A stretch of DNA of 64,000 nt from an uncultured Candidatus Saccharibacteria bacterium (lineage in GTDB: Bacteria > Patescibacteriota > JACPGU01), in the NCBI GenBank assembly GCA_964355795.1, contig CAYHEQ010000001.1, positions 9,849-73,848 on the forward strand, in the 5' to 3' direction. The position numbers and the translations under genes are program-made. The notes under the pieces are model-generated. The model was not told where the DNA came from and made no database searches. It was given only the letters and a program-made list of their open reading frames with translations. Below, one piece after another: positions 46,075 to 56,468 of this stretch (the stretch's first letter is position 1; every line of letters begins with the position of its first letter).

Positions 46075-48348
46075 ATGCCCAATTTCGTCACCAAAGTCGG
46101 CAAGATCCTCTCCCGTCAGAAATCTCCTGACCGCTACACCCTAGTCTCTATCTTCAAGCCCAAAGATATTGAAGAAAGAAATCATGGCGTGCTTTATTTC
46201 ATCTTGGAAATTCTTTCTCCCGATCCGGCTATGAGCAGGGTCGCCAAGATGATTGAAGATACCGTGATAGAAGAATACTATCAAAATACTTCTAACGGAT
46301 TGACCTCCTTGGAACACGCTCTGAAAAAGGTTAACGACGCTCTAGCCAATTTTGCCGAAGAGGGCGAAGTCGGCTGGGTCGGCAAAATCAATGGCATCAT
46401 CGCCACTTTGGAAGGCAATACCTTGCATCTCACCCAGGCCGGAACAGTTGAGGCCTATATGGTGAGGGGAGGTAAAATGATTCATGTTTCCGAAGGCCTC
46501 TCGTCCGCCGCTGACCGTCCCAATCCTTTGAAAACTTTTGTCAATATCACTTCCGGAGAGCTAGAACTCGGCGATCGCTTGATATTTTCCACCTCCGAAC
46601 TCTTCTACCATTTTTCTCTGGACGACTTGAAGAGAATTGTGGCCAAATTCCCTCCCGCGCAAGCTGCCACCTATGTCGTCAAGGCTTTGCAAAAAGAAGA
46701 GATTGAATGCATCAACACCCTCGTTTTGGAACTCACTACCGAAGAGGCTTTGCATGAGGAAGGTGGTGAAGCGGAAGAGAGGAACGCTATGGCCGAATGG
46801 ATTGGCGAGGAAACTCCAGCGCTACAAAAATATGTCGCCAAGGCTCTGCCGATATTTAATTTCTTGTTGAGAAATTCCAAGAAAGGCTTGACCGAAGGTT
46901 TCAAGAAGTCCAGAGATATTTACAAAGAAAGAATCTCGCCCAATATCAGCAAAATGCATCAGGAGGCCAGTCGCAAGGTGAACGAAAAAGTTTCTGAAAT
47001 CGCGCAGAAAAAAGGCCTCAAGACTCCCGGCCAAGATTTCTGGGATGAGAACGAAAAGTTTTTCAAAAAAGGCGCGAAGGTAGGAGAAAAAGGTCCGCAA
47101 CAAGAGCTTTTTGAAGCGCCCCGTCGCAGTATTTTCGCGCCCGTCACCAAGGTCTTGGTGATTATCAAAATCACTATCTTGAAAGTGAAAGACAGGGGAA
47201 AGGAGCAAAGCCAGCTTTACGCTATTATCGGTATCTTGCTCATTACGGTGATCGTCGTCTCTAGCATTTTTTCCTATCAAAATCGTAAAGCTATCGCCAA
47301 AAGGAATGAGATTGCCCAGAAATATGAACAGATTGCTATCAAAACTGACGCCTCCATCAAGGCTAAAGAATTGGGCGACGAGAAAAAATCTCGCGAGCTT
47401 TTGACCCAAGCTCAAGAAGAAATCAAGGCCATCATTGATTCCAAATATATGGGGAGCGAGATCTCCGTTCTGATTGAGAAAATAGATGCCGAATCAGAAA
47501 AGCTTTTTCTCGTCAAAAGACTAAACGACATCTCCCCCATCGCTAGTTTCACCGCTATTGATCCCACGATCAAAATTGAAGGACTCTACAAAAGTAAAAA
47601 TAAACTCTTCTCCTTTGATAAGGAGAGGAATACCGTCCTCTCTTATTCTCTGGACACAAAAAACGCGACTAAAATCGCTGGCGCTTATTTTGAGGGTAAT
47701 TTGGTTCACCTAACCACGCCTGACAACAAAGATATTGCTCTGATTGCCACCACCAATCCCAATAGCATTTACTCTTACAACGCCGGTTCGGACAAAGTGG
47801 ATAAAAAAGCGCAAATCACTGGAGAGGCTTGGTCAGAAGCCACTGGTATCGGCACTTTCTTCAATAATATTTATCTCCTAGTCCCCAAAGAAAACCAGAT
47901 TTATAAATATGTGGCTCTGACTAATAATTACGGCTCCAAAACGGCCTACCTGAAAAGTAATGAAAATCTCGCTGACGCGGTAGATATGGCTATTGACAGC
48001 AGTATCTACGTCCTAATGAAAGACGGCGCAGTTAATCAATATCTGACTGGTGAGAGAACAGCTTTCAAACTTTCCGCCCTGCCCACCCAGATGAAGAGCA
48101 ATGACCCCGCCAAGATCACGGCGGAGAAATTGCTAGACCCTATTCGCATTATCACTACGAAAGATTTGGGCAGTATTTTCATCGCCGACCGTGGCGCGAA
48201 AAGAGTGGTTGTTTATGACAAAGAGGGCAATTACAAGGCGCAATATATTTCTGACAAATTTAACGACCTGAAAGACATCTGGGTCTCCAAAGAAGATAAC
48301 AAGGTCTATGTTCTCTCTGGCGCGGATGTGTATGAGGTAGGATTATAG
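46075..48348 (+). CDS. Hypothetical membrane protein: PP2C-like N-domain, TM helix, beta-propeller
   Basis: G..EAYMVRGG...SGEL..GDRLIFST; NIYLL...NQIYKY, DMAIDSSIYVL, IFIADRG. Confidence 0.65.
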   Translation: MPNFVTKVGKILSRQKSPDRYTLVSIFKPKDIEERNHGVLYFILEILSPDPAMSRVAKMIEDTVIEEYYQNTSNGLTSLEHALKKVNDALANFAEEGEVGWVGKINGIIATLEGNTLHLTQAGTVEAYMVRGGKMIHVSEGLSSAADRPNPLKTFVNITSGELELGDRLIFSTSELFYHFSLDDLKRIVAKFPPAQAATYVVKALQKEEIECINTLVLELTTEEALHEEGGEAEERNAMAEWIGEETPALQKYVAKALPIFNFLLRNSKKGLTEGFKKSRDIYKERISPNISKMHQEASRKVNEKVSEIAQKKGLKTPGQDFWDENEKFFKKGAKVGEKGPQQELFEAPRRSIFAPVTKVLVIIKITILKVKDRGKEQSQLYAIIGILLITVIVVSSIFSYQNRKAIAKRNEIAQKYEQIAIKTDASIKAKELGDEKKSRELLTQAQEEIKAIIDSKYMGSEISVLIEKIDAESEKLFLVKRLNDISPIASFTAIDPTIKIEGLYKSKNKLFSFDKERNTVLSYSLDTKNATKIAGAYFEGNLVHLTTPDNKDIALIATTNPNSIYSYNAGSDKVDKKAQITGEAWSEATGIGTFFNNIYLLVPKENQIYKYVALTNNYGSKTAYLKSNENLADAVDMAIDSSIYVLMKDGAVNQYLTGERTAFKLSALPTQMKSNDPAKITAEKLLDPIRIITTKDLGSIFIADRGAKRVVVYDKEGNYKAQYISDKFNDLKDIWVSKEDNKVYVLSGADVYEVGL

Positions 48349-48369
48349 GGTGATAGTGACTAGCAAATT

Positions 48370-48606
48370 CTATCTTTTTGTAAACCATCCTTCCTGCAAA
48401 ATCCCCGATTGCTTAATAATGCCCTTCATAGTTCTGGGCTTAAAAATCTTAGCTCCATGAAAAGGAACACAAACCTGGCGATACTGACCGCCATATTGGC
48501 CACCATAAAAATAATGGCTTCCCTCTGTATTAATAAGAGAGAAGCCATTTTCTTTTAATTTTCTCACGACATCATTAAATGTCCAATTGAAAATTTTGTT
48601 GGGCAT
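48370..48606 (-). CDS. hicA: HicA-family toxin
   Basis: LKENGF.....GSH...VCVPFHG......TMKGIIKQSG. Confidence 0.85.
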   Translation of the reverse strand: MPNKIFNWTFNDVVRKLKENGFSLINTEGSHYFYGGQYGGQYRQVCVPFHGAKIFKPRTMKGIIKQSGILQEGWFTKR

Positions 48607-48612
48607 AATATA

Positions 48613-48948
48613 TCAAGCAGAAGCCAATGACATCCGGCCAAAACTATGCACTGTGGGTGCATTTTCTTTCTCTTTTTTGCTCATTAATTGGTCTTTTTGA
48701 GCCAACGCCCACAGATTTTCATATTCGGTATCTGATTTCTGATTCAGGATATTCGGACGCGCTTTTATCAATTGGGCAGATTTAACATACCCCCTGAGAG
48801 CTTCCATAAGCAATGAATACACTTCCGTGGGGTCGTCTCCTGACTCCACAATATTAAATTCCAAACCAACACCATACCAAGTATTATCTTCCTTGAAAAT
48901 GATATAGCGAACTGAGCCTCTTTCTAAAGTATTCTTATTTTTTGCCAT
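48613..48948 (-). CDS. HicB-like antitoxin
   Basis: IIFKEDNTWYGV.LEFNIVESGD...EV...L.EALRGY; adjacent to hicA. Confidence 0.65.
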   Translation of the reverse strand: MAKNKNTLERGSVRYIIFKEDNTWYGVGLEFNIVESGDDPTEVYSLLMEALRGYVKSAQLIKARPNILNQKSDTEYENLWALAQKDQLMSKKEKENAPTVHSFGRMSLASA

Positions 48949-49004
48949 ATTATGTCCTTTTTATTTACAAAAACATTATACCACGAACATGAGGGGAGAG
49001 CCAA

Positions 49005-50684
49005 TCACATCTTTTTCTTTGGCACGATCCCCAAAAGCCCCAGAGTATTCTCGAGTACTATTTTGGTCGCACGAATCAGCTTCAGCCTCTCGGCTTCTTT
49101 TTCGTCCCCTATTATCCGACAATTGTCGTAAAATTTATGGAAGACTCCCGCCAGTTCATAGGCGTAAGCAGTGATTCTGTGCACTTGAAAGCTCTCTGCA
49201 ATTTCTTGCACTAGTTCCGGCAATTGAATCATCTTTTTGATCAAATCCAATTCGTATTCTGAATTTTGCTCATTGATATTTGTAATTTGTTTGTGTTTTG
49301 CCTGCCTGCGCGGGCGAGCGTTTTGTGTTTTGTGTTTTCTCGCCTTAGCGATTACACTATTTATCCTCGCGCTCGCGTATTGGATATAATGAATCGGGTT
49401 CCTATTGCTTTTTTCCTTAGCCAGCTTCAGGTCAATATCAACATGGGTATTGAAGTCGCGCGAGATGAAAAAATATCGCGCCGCGTCCAAACCAATGTCT
49501 TCCACCACCTCGTCAAGCGTGACGAATGTCCCCTTTCTCTTGCTCATACGAATTTCTTCGCCATCTTTTATGACCCTGACTATTTGAAAAACAATAATTT
49601 TTAGTTGCCCTTTGAAACCCAATATCTCTGTCGCCGCCTGCCAGCGATTGATATATCCGTGGTGATCCGCGCCAACGAAAACTATGACTTCTTGGAATTT
49701 TCTCATCACAAATCTATCGTACAGCAGGGCGATGTCGGACATCAGATAAGTGAAATCTCCGTCTTTGGTGCGCACTACTCGATCTTTGTCATCGCCAAAT
49801 TTTGTGGTTTTCAGCCAATAGGCTTCGTCTTTTTCGTAGACCAAGTTTTTTTTCACGATCTTTTGCCAGACTTTTTCAATCAATTTTCTTTTGAAAAGAG
49901 ATTCTTCCGAGAACCACACATCGTACCTGATGCCAAATTTCCGGCAATCTTTTTTGATGAAGTCAGACAAAATAATATCCGCCGCCAATACGCCCACTTC
50001 ACTTTTGCCCTTTTCTACCCAGCCAATCCCCTTTTTCTTTTTGATCTTGCCCGCGACATATTCTATATATTCGCCCTGATAGATTTCTTCGCCTTCTTTT
50101 TCTTGAACCTCAACCCCCAGTTGTTTCTTGACCGATTTGGTTAGTATATTTTTCACCTGATTGCCGGCATCGTTAATATAATATTCTCGGTGCGTGTCAT
50201 ATCCGGCCATCTCAAGAATCTCCGCCAAAGTATCGCCGGAAAATCCCCCCCGACCGTTACCCAAGGTCATCGGCCCTGTCGGATTGGCGGAAAGGAATTC
50301 CACCATCACCTTTCGGTTTTTTGAAGAAAAACCGTCCTTCGTAGCCTTGCGCGAAGAAGGATTACCCTTTCCGTAGTTTTTCTTGGCTTTCAGTATTTCC
50401 TCCACCGATTTTTCCAAAATCTTCGGCTCTACAAAGAAATTGACAAATCCTCCGCCGGCCACTTCCACTCGAGAAAAATCTCTGATTTTTATCAATTCTG
50501 AAACTAGCGTCTCCGCGATCTCTTTTGGATTTTTGCCTAACTTTTTCCCCAAAGAAAAGGCTACATTACTAGAATAATCTCCGAATTCACTTCTTTCCGG
50601 TATATCCAAAGAATATTCGAGATTTGTAACCTTGAATTTCTTTTTGACAATAGTGTCCAATTGTTTTTTTATCTCCGCTTTCAT
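49005..50684 (-). CDS. argS: Arginine--tRNA ligase
   Basis: FGDYSSN, VEFLSANPTGP, YYINDAGNQ, GADHHGY, MSKRKG, YIQYASAR. Confidence 0.96.
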   Translation of the reverse strand: MKAEIKKQLDTIVKKKFKVTNLEYSLDIPERSEFGDYSSNVAFSLGKKLGKNPKEIAETLVSELIKIRDFSRVEVAGGGFVNFFVEPKILEKSVEEILKAKKNYGKGNPSSRKATKDGFSSKNRKVMVEFLSANPTGPMTLGNGRGGFSGDTLAEILEMAGYDTHREYYINDAGNQVKNILTKSVKKQLGVEVQEKEGEEIYQGEYIEYVAGKIKKKKGIGWVEKGKSEVGVLAADIILSDFIKKDCRKFGIRYDVWFSEESLFKRKLIEKVWQKIVKKNLVYEKDEAYWLKTTKFGDDKDRVVRTKDGDFTYLMSDIALLYDRFVMRKFQEVIVFVGADHHGYINRWQAATEILGFKGQLKIIVFQIVRVIKDGEEIRMSKRKGTFVTLDEVVEDIGLDAARYFFISRDFNTHVDIDLKLAKEKSNRNPIHYIQYASARINSVIAKARKHKTQNARPRRQAKHKQITNINEQNSEYELDLIKKMIQLPELVQEIAESFQVHRITAYAYELAGVFHKFYDNCRIIGDEKEAERLKLIRATKIVLENTLGLLGIVPKKKM

Positions 50685-50728
50685 TATTCTCCTTTGTTCC
50701 ATCCGCCCACTCTCTTTCCTTTTGAATG

Positions 50729-51910
50729 CTACTTTTTAACTTTCACCATCCGATGCTTGCCAATTTTGATAATTATACCAGCAACGACATCTATGGTTGC
50801 GGTCACGTCTGTTGCCTTCCGCTCGTCAATGCTAACCCCGCCTTGCTGAACCAATCTGCGAGCATCACTTTTGCTAGAAACCTGACCGGTCGCGAAAACT
50901 AGCTCAACAATATTCATTTTGCCACTTTTAACCTTCACCTCTGGCATTTTCACATCCGTTTTCTTCTCGCGAAAAATGGCGTTGAATCTCTCCCCCGCTT
51001 TCTTCGCTTCCTTGTCGCCATAAATAGCGCCCACTAATTTTCCCGCCAAAAGAAATTTCGCGTCACGAGGATTTTTTTGAATATCTTTTTTCGCCTGCGC
51101 CAAATCAATATCTGTCAAAAGCTCATATCCGGACAACATCATCTTATCAGGCCAGCTCATCACTTTGCCAAATATCTCATCAGCGCTGTCTTTGAAGGAG
51201 ACTATATTGCCTTCTGTTTTTCCCATTTTCTTCCCCTCTGCATCTTCCAACAATTTTGTGGTCAAAACATATTTTTCTTTATTCTTCATTTTCTTCATCA
51301 ATGTTCTGCCCGCCAACATATTAAACATCTGATCATTACCCCCTATTTCCATATCCACGTCCATAGTCACCGAATCATAAGCCTGAAATATCGGATAGAG
51401 GAATTCATGAAGCGCAATACTTTTATCTTCCCTAATCCTTTTTTGGAACATCTCTCTCTCAATTAACTGACCGACCGTAAAATGCGATGCCAATTCTAGC
51501 AAATCCACCGGTTTTAATTTGTTGGTCCATTTCTCATTGTAAAGAAAACGCACCTTGGCGCTTTTCAAATTCAAAACGCCACCAATTTGTTTCTTATAGG
51601 CCTTGGCGTTTTCCAGAACTTGCTTGTGGGTCAACGGCTTGCGAGTCGCTGCTTTGTCAGTCGGATCGCCAATCTGGGCAGTGAAATCGCCAATCAAAAT
51701 AATAATCTCATGTCCCATCTGCTGGAATTGTCGCAATTTTCGGAGCTGGATGAGATGCCCTAAATGCAACGAATCCCCCGTCGGATCAATCCCATAATAA
51801 ATCCGCAGTTTCTTGCCGGACTGCAAAGCTTTTTCCACCGCTCCCCTACTCGGATAAATGTTTTCTACTCCCCTTTCCAGAAGAGTTTTTATTTGCGCCT
51901 CTTTTGACAT
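50729..51910 (-). CDS. tyrS: Tyrosine--tRNA ligase
   Basis: YYGIDPTG..LHLGH, IGDPT, YPIFQAYDS, GGNDQ, KMGKT, S4 domain. Confidence 0.96.
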   Translation of the reverse strand: MSKEAQIKTLLERGVENIYPSRGAVEKALQSGKKLRIYYGIDPTGDSLHLGHLIQLRKLRQFQQMGHEIIILIGDFTAQIGDPTDKAATRKPLTHKQVLENAKAYKKQIGGVLNLKSAKVRFLYNEKWTNKLKPVDLLELASHFTVGQLIEREMFQKRIREDKSIALHEFLYPIFQAYDSVTMDVDMEIGGNDQMFNMLAGRTLMKKMKNKEKYVLTTKLLEDAEGKKMGKTEGNIVSFKDSADEIFGKVMSWPDKMMLSGYELLTDIDLAQAKKDIQKNPRDAKFLLAGKLVGAIYGDKEAKKAGERFNAIFREKKTDVKMPEVKVKSGKMNIVELVFATGQVSSKSDARRLVQQGGVSIDERKATDVTATIDVVAGIIIKIGKHRMVKVKK

Positions 51911-52068
51911 AAAAAATAACTTATTTTTAGTTTCTTATTTTCTCAATTTCTTATTTTCTTATTTTACCATTTTGCTGTATAATAATAAAGAGGCGTAAAT
52001 TGCCTGTTTCGTTTTGATTTTTTATTTTCTTATTTTTTTTAATTTCTTAATTTTTTAGCCCCAAACCC

Positions 52069-54717
52069 ATGCGCAAAAAGCTCCACCACCTCCTTTCTCG
52101 CCACCACAAAAAACACCGTCGCCACTCTGTCGTCGGCACTCATTACACCTATTCCTCCGACGAAAATTCGGTAACTCAAAAGTTTTTGCAGAAAAAAACT
52201 CGTCTTTGGGGTGGTTTTTTGGGTGACTTGCTTCAAAATGTTAATTGGAAAAAAACTATCATTTATGGTTCTTTTGGCTTTATCCTGCTGGTGGCCACGC
52301 TCTTCCTTTGGTATGGCAAGGATTTGCCCAATCCTTACAGACTGAACGATCGCTCCGTTACTCAATCAACGAAAATCGTGGATAGAAATGGCCAATTGCT
52401 TTATCAAATCCATGGCGAAGAAAATAGGACGCTAGTGAAATTTGAGGATATCCCCAATGCCGTCAAACAAGCCACGGTCGCGCTGGAAGACAAAGATTTT
52501 TACCGCCACTCGGGATTCAATTTCAAAGGCATCGCCCGCGCTTTCCTCTACGACATCTTTCACCGTCAAGTCAAACAGGGAGGCTCCACCATCACCCAAC
52601 AATTCGTGAAAAACGCGGTGCTAACCAACGAAAAAAGCCTTTCGAGAAAAATCAAAGAGTTCATTATGTCTATAGAAATCGAGCAGATTTATTCGAAAAA
52701 CGAGATTCTTTCGATGTATTTGAATGAAATCCCCTACGGTAACAACGCCTACGGCATTCAACAAGCATCAAAAACTTATTTTGACAAAGATACTAAAGAG
52801 TTAAATCTGGCCGAGTCGGCTCTACTCGCCTCTCTGCCCCAAGCGCCGACCTATTACAATCCTTACGGCTCCAACACTGACGCGCTGATGGGCAGGAAAG
52901 ACTTTACTCTCGACCAGATGGCCGAGCTGAAAATGATTAATCGCGAGGAAGCCGAGAAAGCGAAGAAGGAGGTGATCAAATTCGCCGAACAGACTCAGGG
53001 CATTACCGCTCCGCATTTTGTGATGTACGTGAAAGAAAAGCTGGCTGAACAATTCGGCGAAGCGCGACTGGAAAACGAAGGGTTCGTCATCACTACCACG
53101 CTCGATCTCGACAAACAAAAAATAGCCGAGGAAGCGGTGGCCTCCAATGTCGCCGCCATCAAAGCTCGTGGCGCCTCCAATGCTTCACTGGTTTCTCTCG
53201 ATCCCAAAACCGGACAGATTTTGGCGATGGTGGGTTCGGTCGATTATTTCGACAAAGAAAATGACGGTAATGTTAATGTTTCAGTTCGCCTACGCCAGCC
53301 CGGTTCGTCGATTAAGCCCATCATCTACGCCTTGGCTTTCAAAAACGGCTACTCCCCCGCCACCATGCTGATGGATGTGTCTATTGATTTCGGCCAAGGC
53401 TACCGACCGACCAATTATGATAATAGATTTCGCGGACCGGTGACTATCAGGAAAGCGCTCGGCAATTCCCTGAATATCCCGGCGGTAGAAACTTTGGCGC
53501 TGGTGGGAGTGAAAAACGCCACTGATTTCGCGCAAAAAATGGGCGTCAAGTCGCTGACCGATCCCGACCGCTACGGCTTGTCTCTAGTTCTGGGCGGTGG
53601 CGAAGTGAAGCTCTTGGAACTGGCCTCCGGTTACGCAACACTGGCCAATCAAGGCGCGTACAACGAACCGCTGTCTATTTTGAAAATAGAAGACGGTCGG
53701 GGCGATGTCGTTTATGAATACAAATCCGAGGAACACAAAGGCGAGAAAGTGCTGGACGAAAATGTCGCCTATATGACCAGCAATGTCCTCTCCGATGATT
53801 CGGCTCGCGCCGAGATCTTCGGTATGGGCGGGACATTGACTCTGCCCGGCCGACCAGTGGCCGCCAAATCCGGCACCACCAACGAATATCGCGATGCTTG
53901 GACGATGGGCTACACGCCATCGCTAGTGACCGGTGTCTGGGTGGGCAATAATGACAACAAACCGATGGCTGGAGCTTCCGGCTCTATGGCCGCCGCGCCT
54001 ATTTGGAATCAATATATGAGGCGCGCGCTCGCCAATACTCCGGTAGAACAATTCGTCAACCCGGGCGGAGTGGAATCCGCTACCGTGGACGCCCTTACCG
54101 GCCAGTTGCCTTTGACTGATATTCCCGAAGAGCTGAAGGAAAAACTTCCCACTCGCCAAGAAATTTTCTTGAAAGGTCGGGCGCCGACAGAGGTAGATTC
54201 TACACATAAGATCGTAAAGATAATCAAACCGGCGACCCCTGATGAGAAAAATCTAAAACTGGCCGGCGATTCTTGTCCGGCAAGCCTCGTAGAAAACCGC
54301 GTTTTCTTTGATTTCCATTCCATTATGCCCGGCTGGAGTAATTGGGAGGAAGGCGTAGTGGCTTGGGCCAAAGCTTCCGGACACAACAGTATCCCGACCG
54401 AGAAGCAAGATTGTGATCAATTGGTGAAAGAAAATCAGCCGACAGTGACCATTACTTCGCCATCTGACAACTCTATGCTCTCCTCCCTCATCAGCGTCAC
54501 CATTTCTTACAAGGCGCCGAAAGAAATCGGCAAGATTGAGTATTTCTTGGACGAACAAAAAATCGGCGAAAAGATTAATGACGGCAAAACGAATAATTAC
54601 AATCTGGAGAGCGTGAAACTCTCACCGACCACTCTCGGCTACGCCACTATCAAGGTCGTCCTCACCGACAAACTCGGCCTTGTCGCCACTGATTCCGTGC
54701 CGGTGGTGATAAAATAA
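52069..54717 (+). CDS. Class A penicillin-binding protein (PBP1A family) with C-terminal Ig-like domain
   Basis: EDKDFY.H.G, GGSTITQQ, RKIKE, SSIK, SLN, KSGT. Confidence 0.95.
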   Translation: MRKKLHHLLSRHHKKHRRHSVVGTHYTYSSDENSVTQKFLQKKTRLWGGFLGDLLQNVNWKKTIIYGSFGFILLVATLFLWYGKDLPNPYRLNDRSVTQSTKIVDRNGQLLYQIHGEENRTLVKFEDIPNAVKQATVALEDKDFYRHSGFNFKGIARAFLYDIFHRQVKQGGSTITQQFVKNAVLTNEKSLSRKIKEFIMSIEIEQIYSKNEILSMYLNEIPYGNNAYGIQQASKTYFDKDTKELNLAESALLASLPQAPTYYNPYGSNTDALMGRKDFTLDQMAELKMINREEAEKAKKEVIKFAEQTQGITAPHFVMYVKEKLAEQFGEARLENEGFVITTTLDLDKQKIAEEAVASNVAAIKARGASNASLVSLDPKTGQILAMVGSVDYFDKENDGNVNVSVRLRQPGSSIKPIIYALAFKNGYSPATMLMDVSIDFGQGYRPTNYDNRFRGPVTIRKALGNSLNIPAVETLALVGVKNATDFAQKMGVKSLTDPDRYGLSLVLGGGEVKLLELASGYATLANQGAYNEPLSILKIEDGRGDVVYEYKSEEHKGEKVLDENVAYMTSNVLSDDSARAEIFGMGGTLTLPGRPVAAKSGTTNEYRDAWTMGYTPSLVTGVWVGNNDNKPMAGASGSMAAAPIWNQYMRRALANTPVEQFVNPGGVESATVDALTGQLPLTDIPEELKEKLPTRQEIFLKGRAPTEVDSTHKIVKIIKPATPDEKNLKLAGDSCPASLVENRVFFDFHSIMPGWSNWEEGVVAWAKASGHNSIPTEKQDCDQLVKENQPTVTITSPSDNSMLSSLISVTISYKAPKEIGKIEYFLDEQKIGEKINDGKTNNYNLESVKLSPTTLGYATIKVVLTDKLGLVATDSVPVVIK

Positions 54718-54729
54718 GAATCGGGATTT

Positions 54730-54757
54730 TTGACAGCTTTCTTTGGTTTGGTATAAT
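54730..54757 (+). promoter_or_regulatory. Consensus sigma70 promoter for hicBA
   Basis: TTGACA-16 nt-TATAAT with extended TG. Confidence 0.7.
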
Positions 54758-54785
54758 GATGATAACAAAATTAATTCGCCTAATT

Positions 54786-55064
54786 ATGAAATTATTTATC
54801 AATTCTTATATTGAAGAGGTCTTGAAAAAAGCAAAGTATGAATATGGGAAAACGACAGACAGCTGGTGCGCTAGTATCGATATTTTACCTGGTGCTTACG
54901 CGCAAGCAGACACGTTGGAAGAAGCAAGAAGTCAATTAGCCGAAGTTATTGAAGAATATGTTTTGGTGAGCTTGGTTAGCGGTGATAAATTACCGGCAAT
55001 AAACGATCTTGATTTTTCTTTTATATCAAAAAAACAAAAGGTAAAAACTTTGCAAAATGTCTAA
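54786..55064 (+). CDS. hicB: HicB-family antitoxin
   Basis: LPGAYAQADTLEEARSQLAEVIEEY...GDKLP. Confidence 0.85.
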   Translation: MKLFINSYIEEVLKKAKYEYGKTTDSWCASIDILPGAYAQADTLEEARSQLAEVIEEYVLVSLVSGDKLPAINDLDFSFISKKQKVKTLQNV

Positions 55065-55275
55065 GATAAAGCCTCTTGCGAGAAAGGTTTTAATAAGAAA
55101 ATTAGCTAAGCTAGGATTTTCTGGACCCTATGTGGCATCAAGACATCAATTTATGATAAGCAACAGCAAAAAGATATTTGTTCCCAACCCTCACAAAAAA
55201 GATATTGATATTCCCATTCTAATGGCGATAATCAAACAAATCGGGATCGATAAAGACGCGTTTGTTGATTTGTAA
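55057..55275 (+). CDS. hicA: HicA-family toxin
   Basis: LIRKLAKLGFSGP....RHQFM...VPNPH..DI...IL..IIKQ.GI. Confidence 0.85.
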   Translation: MSKIKPLARKVLIRKLAKLGFSGPYVASRHQFMISNSKKIFVPNPHKKDIDIPILMAIIKQIGIDKDAFVDL

Positions 55276-55307
55276 AAACGACTCTTTGATATATTACTCT
55301 TTAATCA

Positions 55308-56326
55308 ATGACCAACAAAAAAACAAAAAAAAATCGTTTCTCTTTCCGCGGAAGTCAGCGCGCATTTCCTGTCTGCGTTCGTCCGCGTTCCTGTCCGCGT
55401 TCATCCGCATCTTCCCAGCGAGGCGTGGCTCTCATCATCACCATTTTTCTTTCCAGCATTATGCTGACTTCGGTGGGTGTTTTCGCCAAAGAAATGGCCG
55501 AAGAAGCTCGCAATTCCGCTCGGCTGGACAATTCTCTCATCGCCTACTACGCCGCCGAAGCGGGAATCGAAGACGCCCTGCTCGCTTGGCGGTACAATAA
55601 GGACGCGGAGATCTCTAGTGATAACGACAAGAATCCCTCTGTTGATGTGACAGAAAAATTAAATGTTACCCCTCGCTGTGTCAGTCTAGAGACCGACGCC
55701 TTCACAGACCCCACCGTCTGCTCCAGCCTGACCTCCAATTATACGAATTTCAACAATCGGTATTACGCTCTAAAAATGTGGTACAAGACCAATGAAATAA
55801 AAAATTACAAGCTGAACCGTGACGATGTGCTGGAGATAGAAGTGCCTAATTTGACGGGGAATGTGGATTTGAGTTGGGCGATACCAAAGGAGATAAAAGC
55901 ACAACTGCTCCTAAACAATAGTGGCTTCAGTATGGAAATCACCGCTTATGACGAGAACGGTAACATAATACCCAAAGAAGAGGGGGGGAAATTTTTACTG
56001 ATACTCAAAAAATGTCTGTGCCGATTTCAAATCCCATTGGTAATAAAATAAAAATTATTCGTATCAAGCCTTGGTACACAAAAGTAGTGACTGATGGAAC
56101 GCAACCCAGAACTGAAGGCGCACCGATAGCCGGGGTCACCCCCTCTGTTCTCCTCAACGCTTCCTCTGGCTCTGACCTCATGACCACACCCATCACCCAC
56201 ATTGAATCCATCGGCTATTACGGCGGAGTAGCGCGCAAGATTTCCGTTGACCTCGACCGCGCCACCGGCAAAATCATCGGGATGCTGGATTATGCTATCT
56301 ATTCGGAATCAACATTAGTAAAGTAG
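55308..56326 (+). pseudogene. PilX-like minor pilin split by a frameshift (55308-56051 plus 56012-56326)
   Basis: RG|VALIITI...SLIAYYAAEAGIEDAL; second frame open from 55964 with IESIGYYGGVARKI; G7 and T5 runs at 55982-55996. Confidence 0.7.
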
Positions 56327-56403
56327 CTCGTCATTCGTTTCTTTGTCATTCCCAGCTTGACTGGAAATCCATTACAGCAAGAATAAATGTGGTAACACAA
56401 AGA

Positions 56404-56433
56404 AAAATCCCAGCGTACTGTATACTGGGATTT
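56404..56433. terminator. Hairpin terminator between convergent genes
   Basis: aaaatcccag...ctgggatttt. Confidence 0.55.
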
Positions 56434-56468
56434 TACAATTTGTCGAAAATTAATCCGTGACAATAGAC

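Noticed and set aside
55975-56015. Programmed -1 ribosomal frameshift in the PilX-like gene
   Set aside because: No X XXY YYZ heptamer in the correct frame and no clear stimulatory structure
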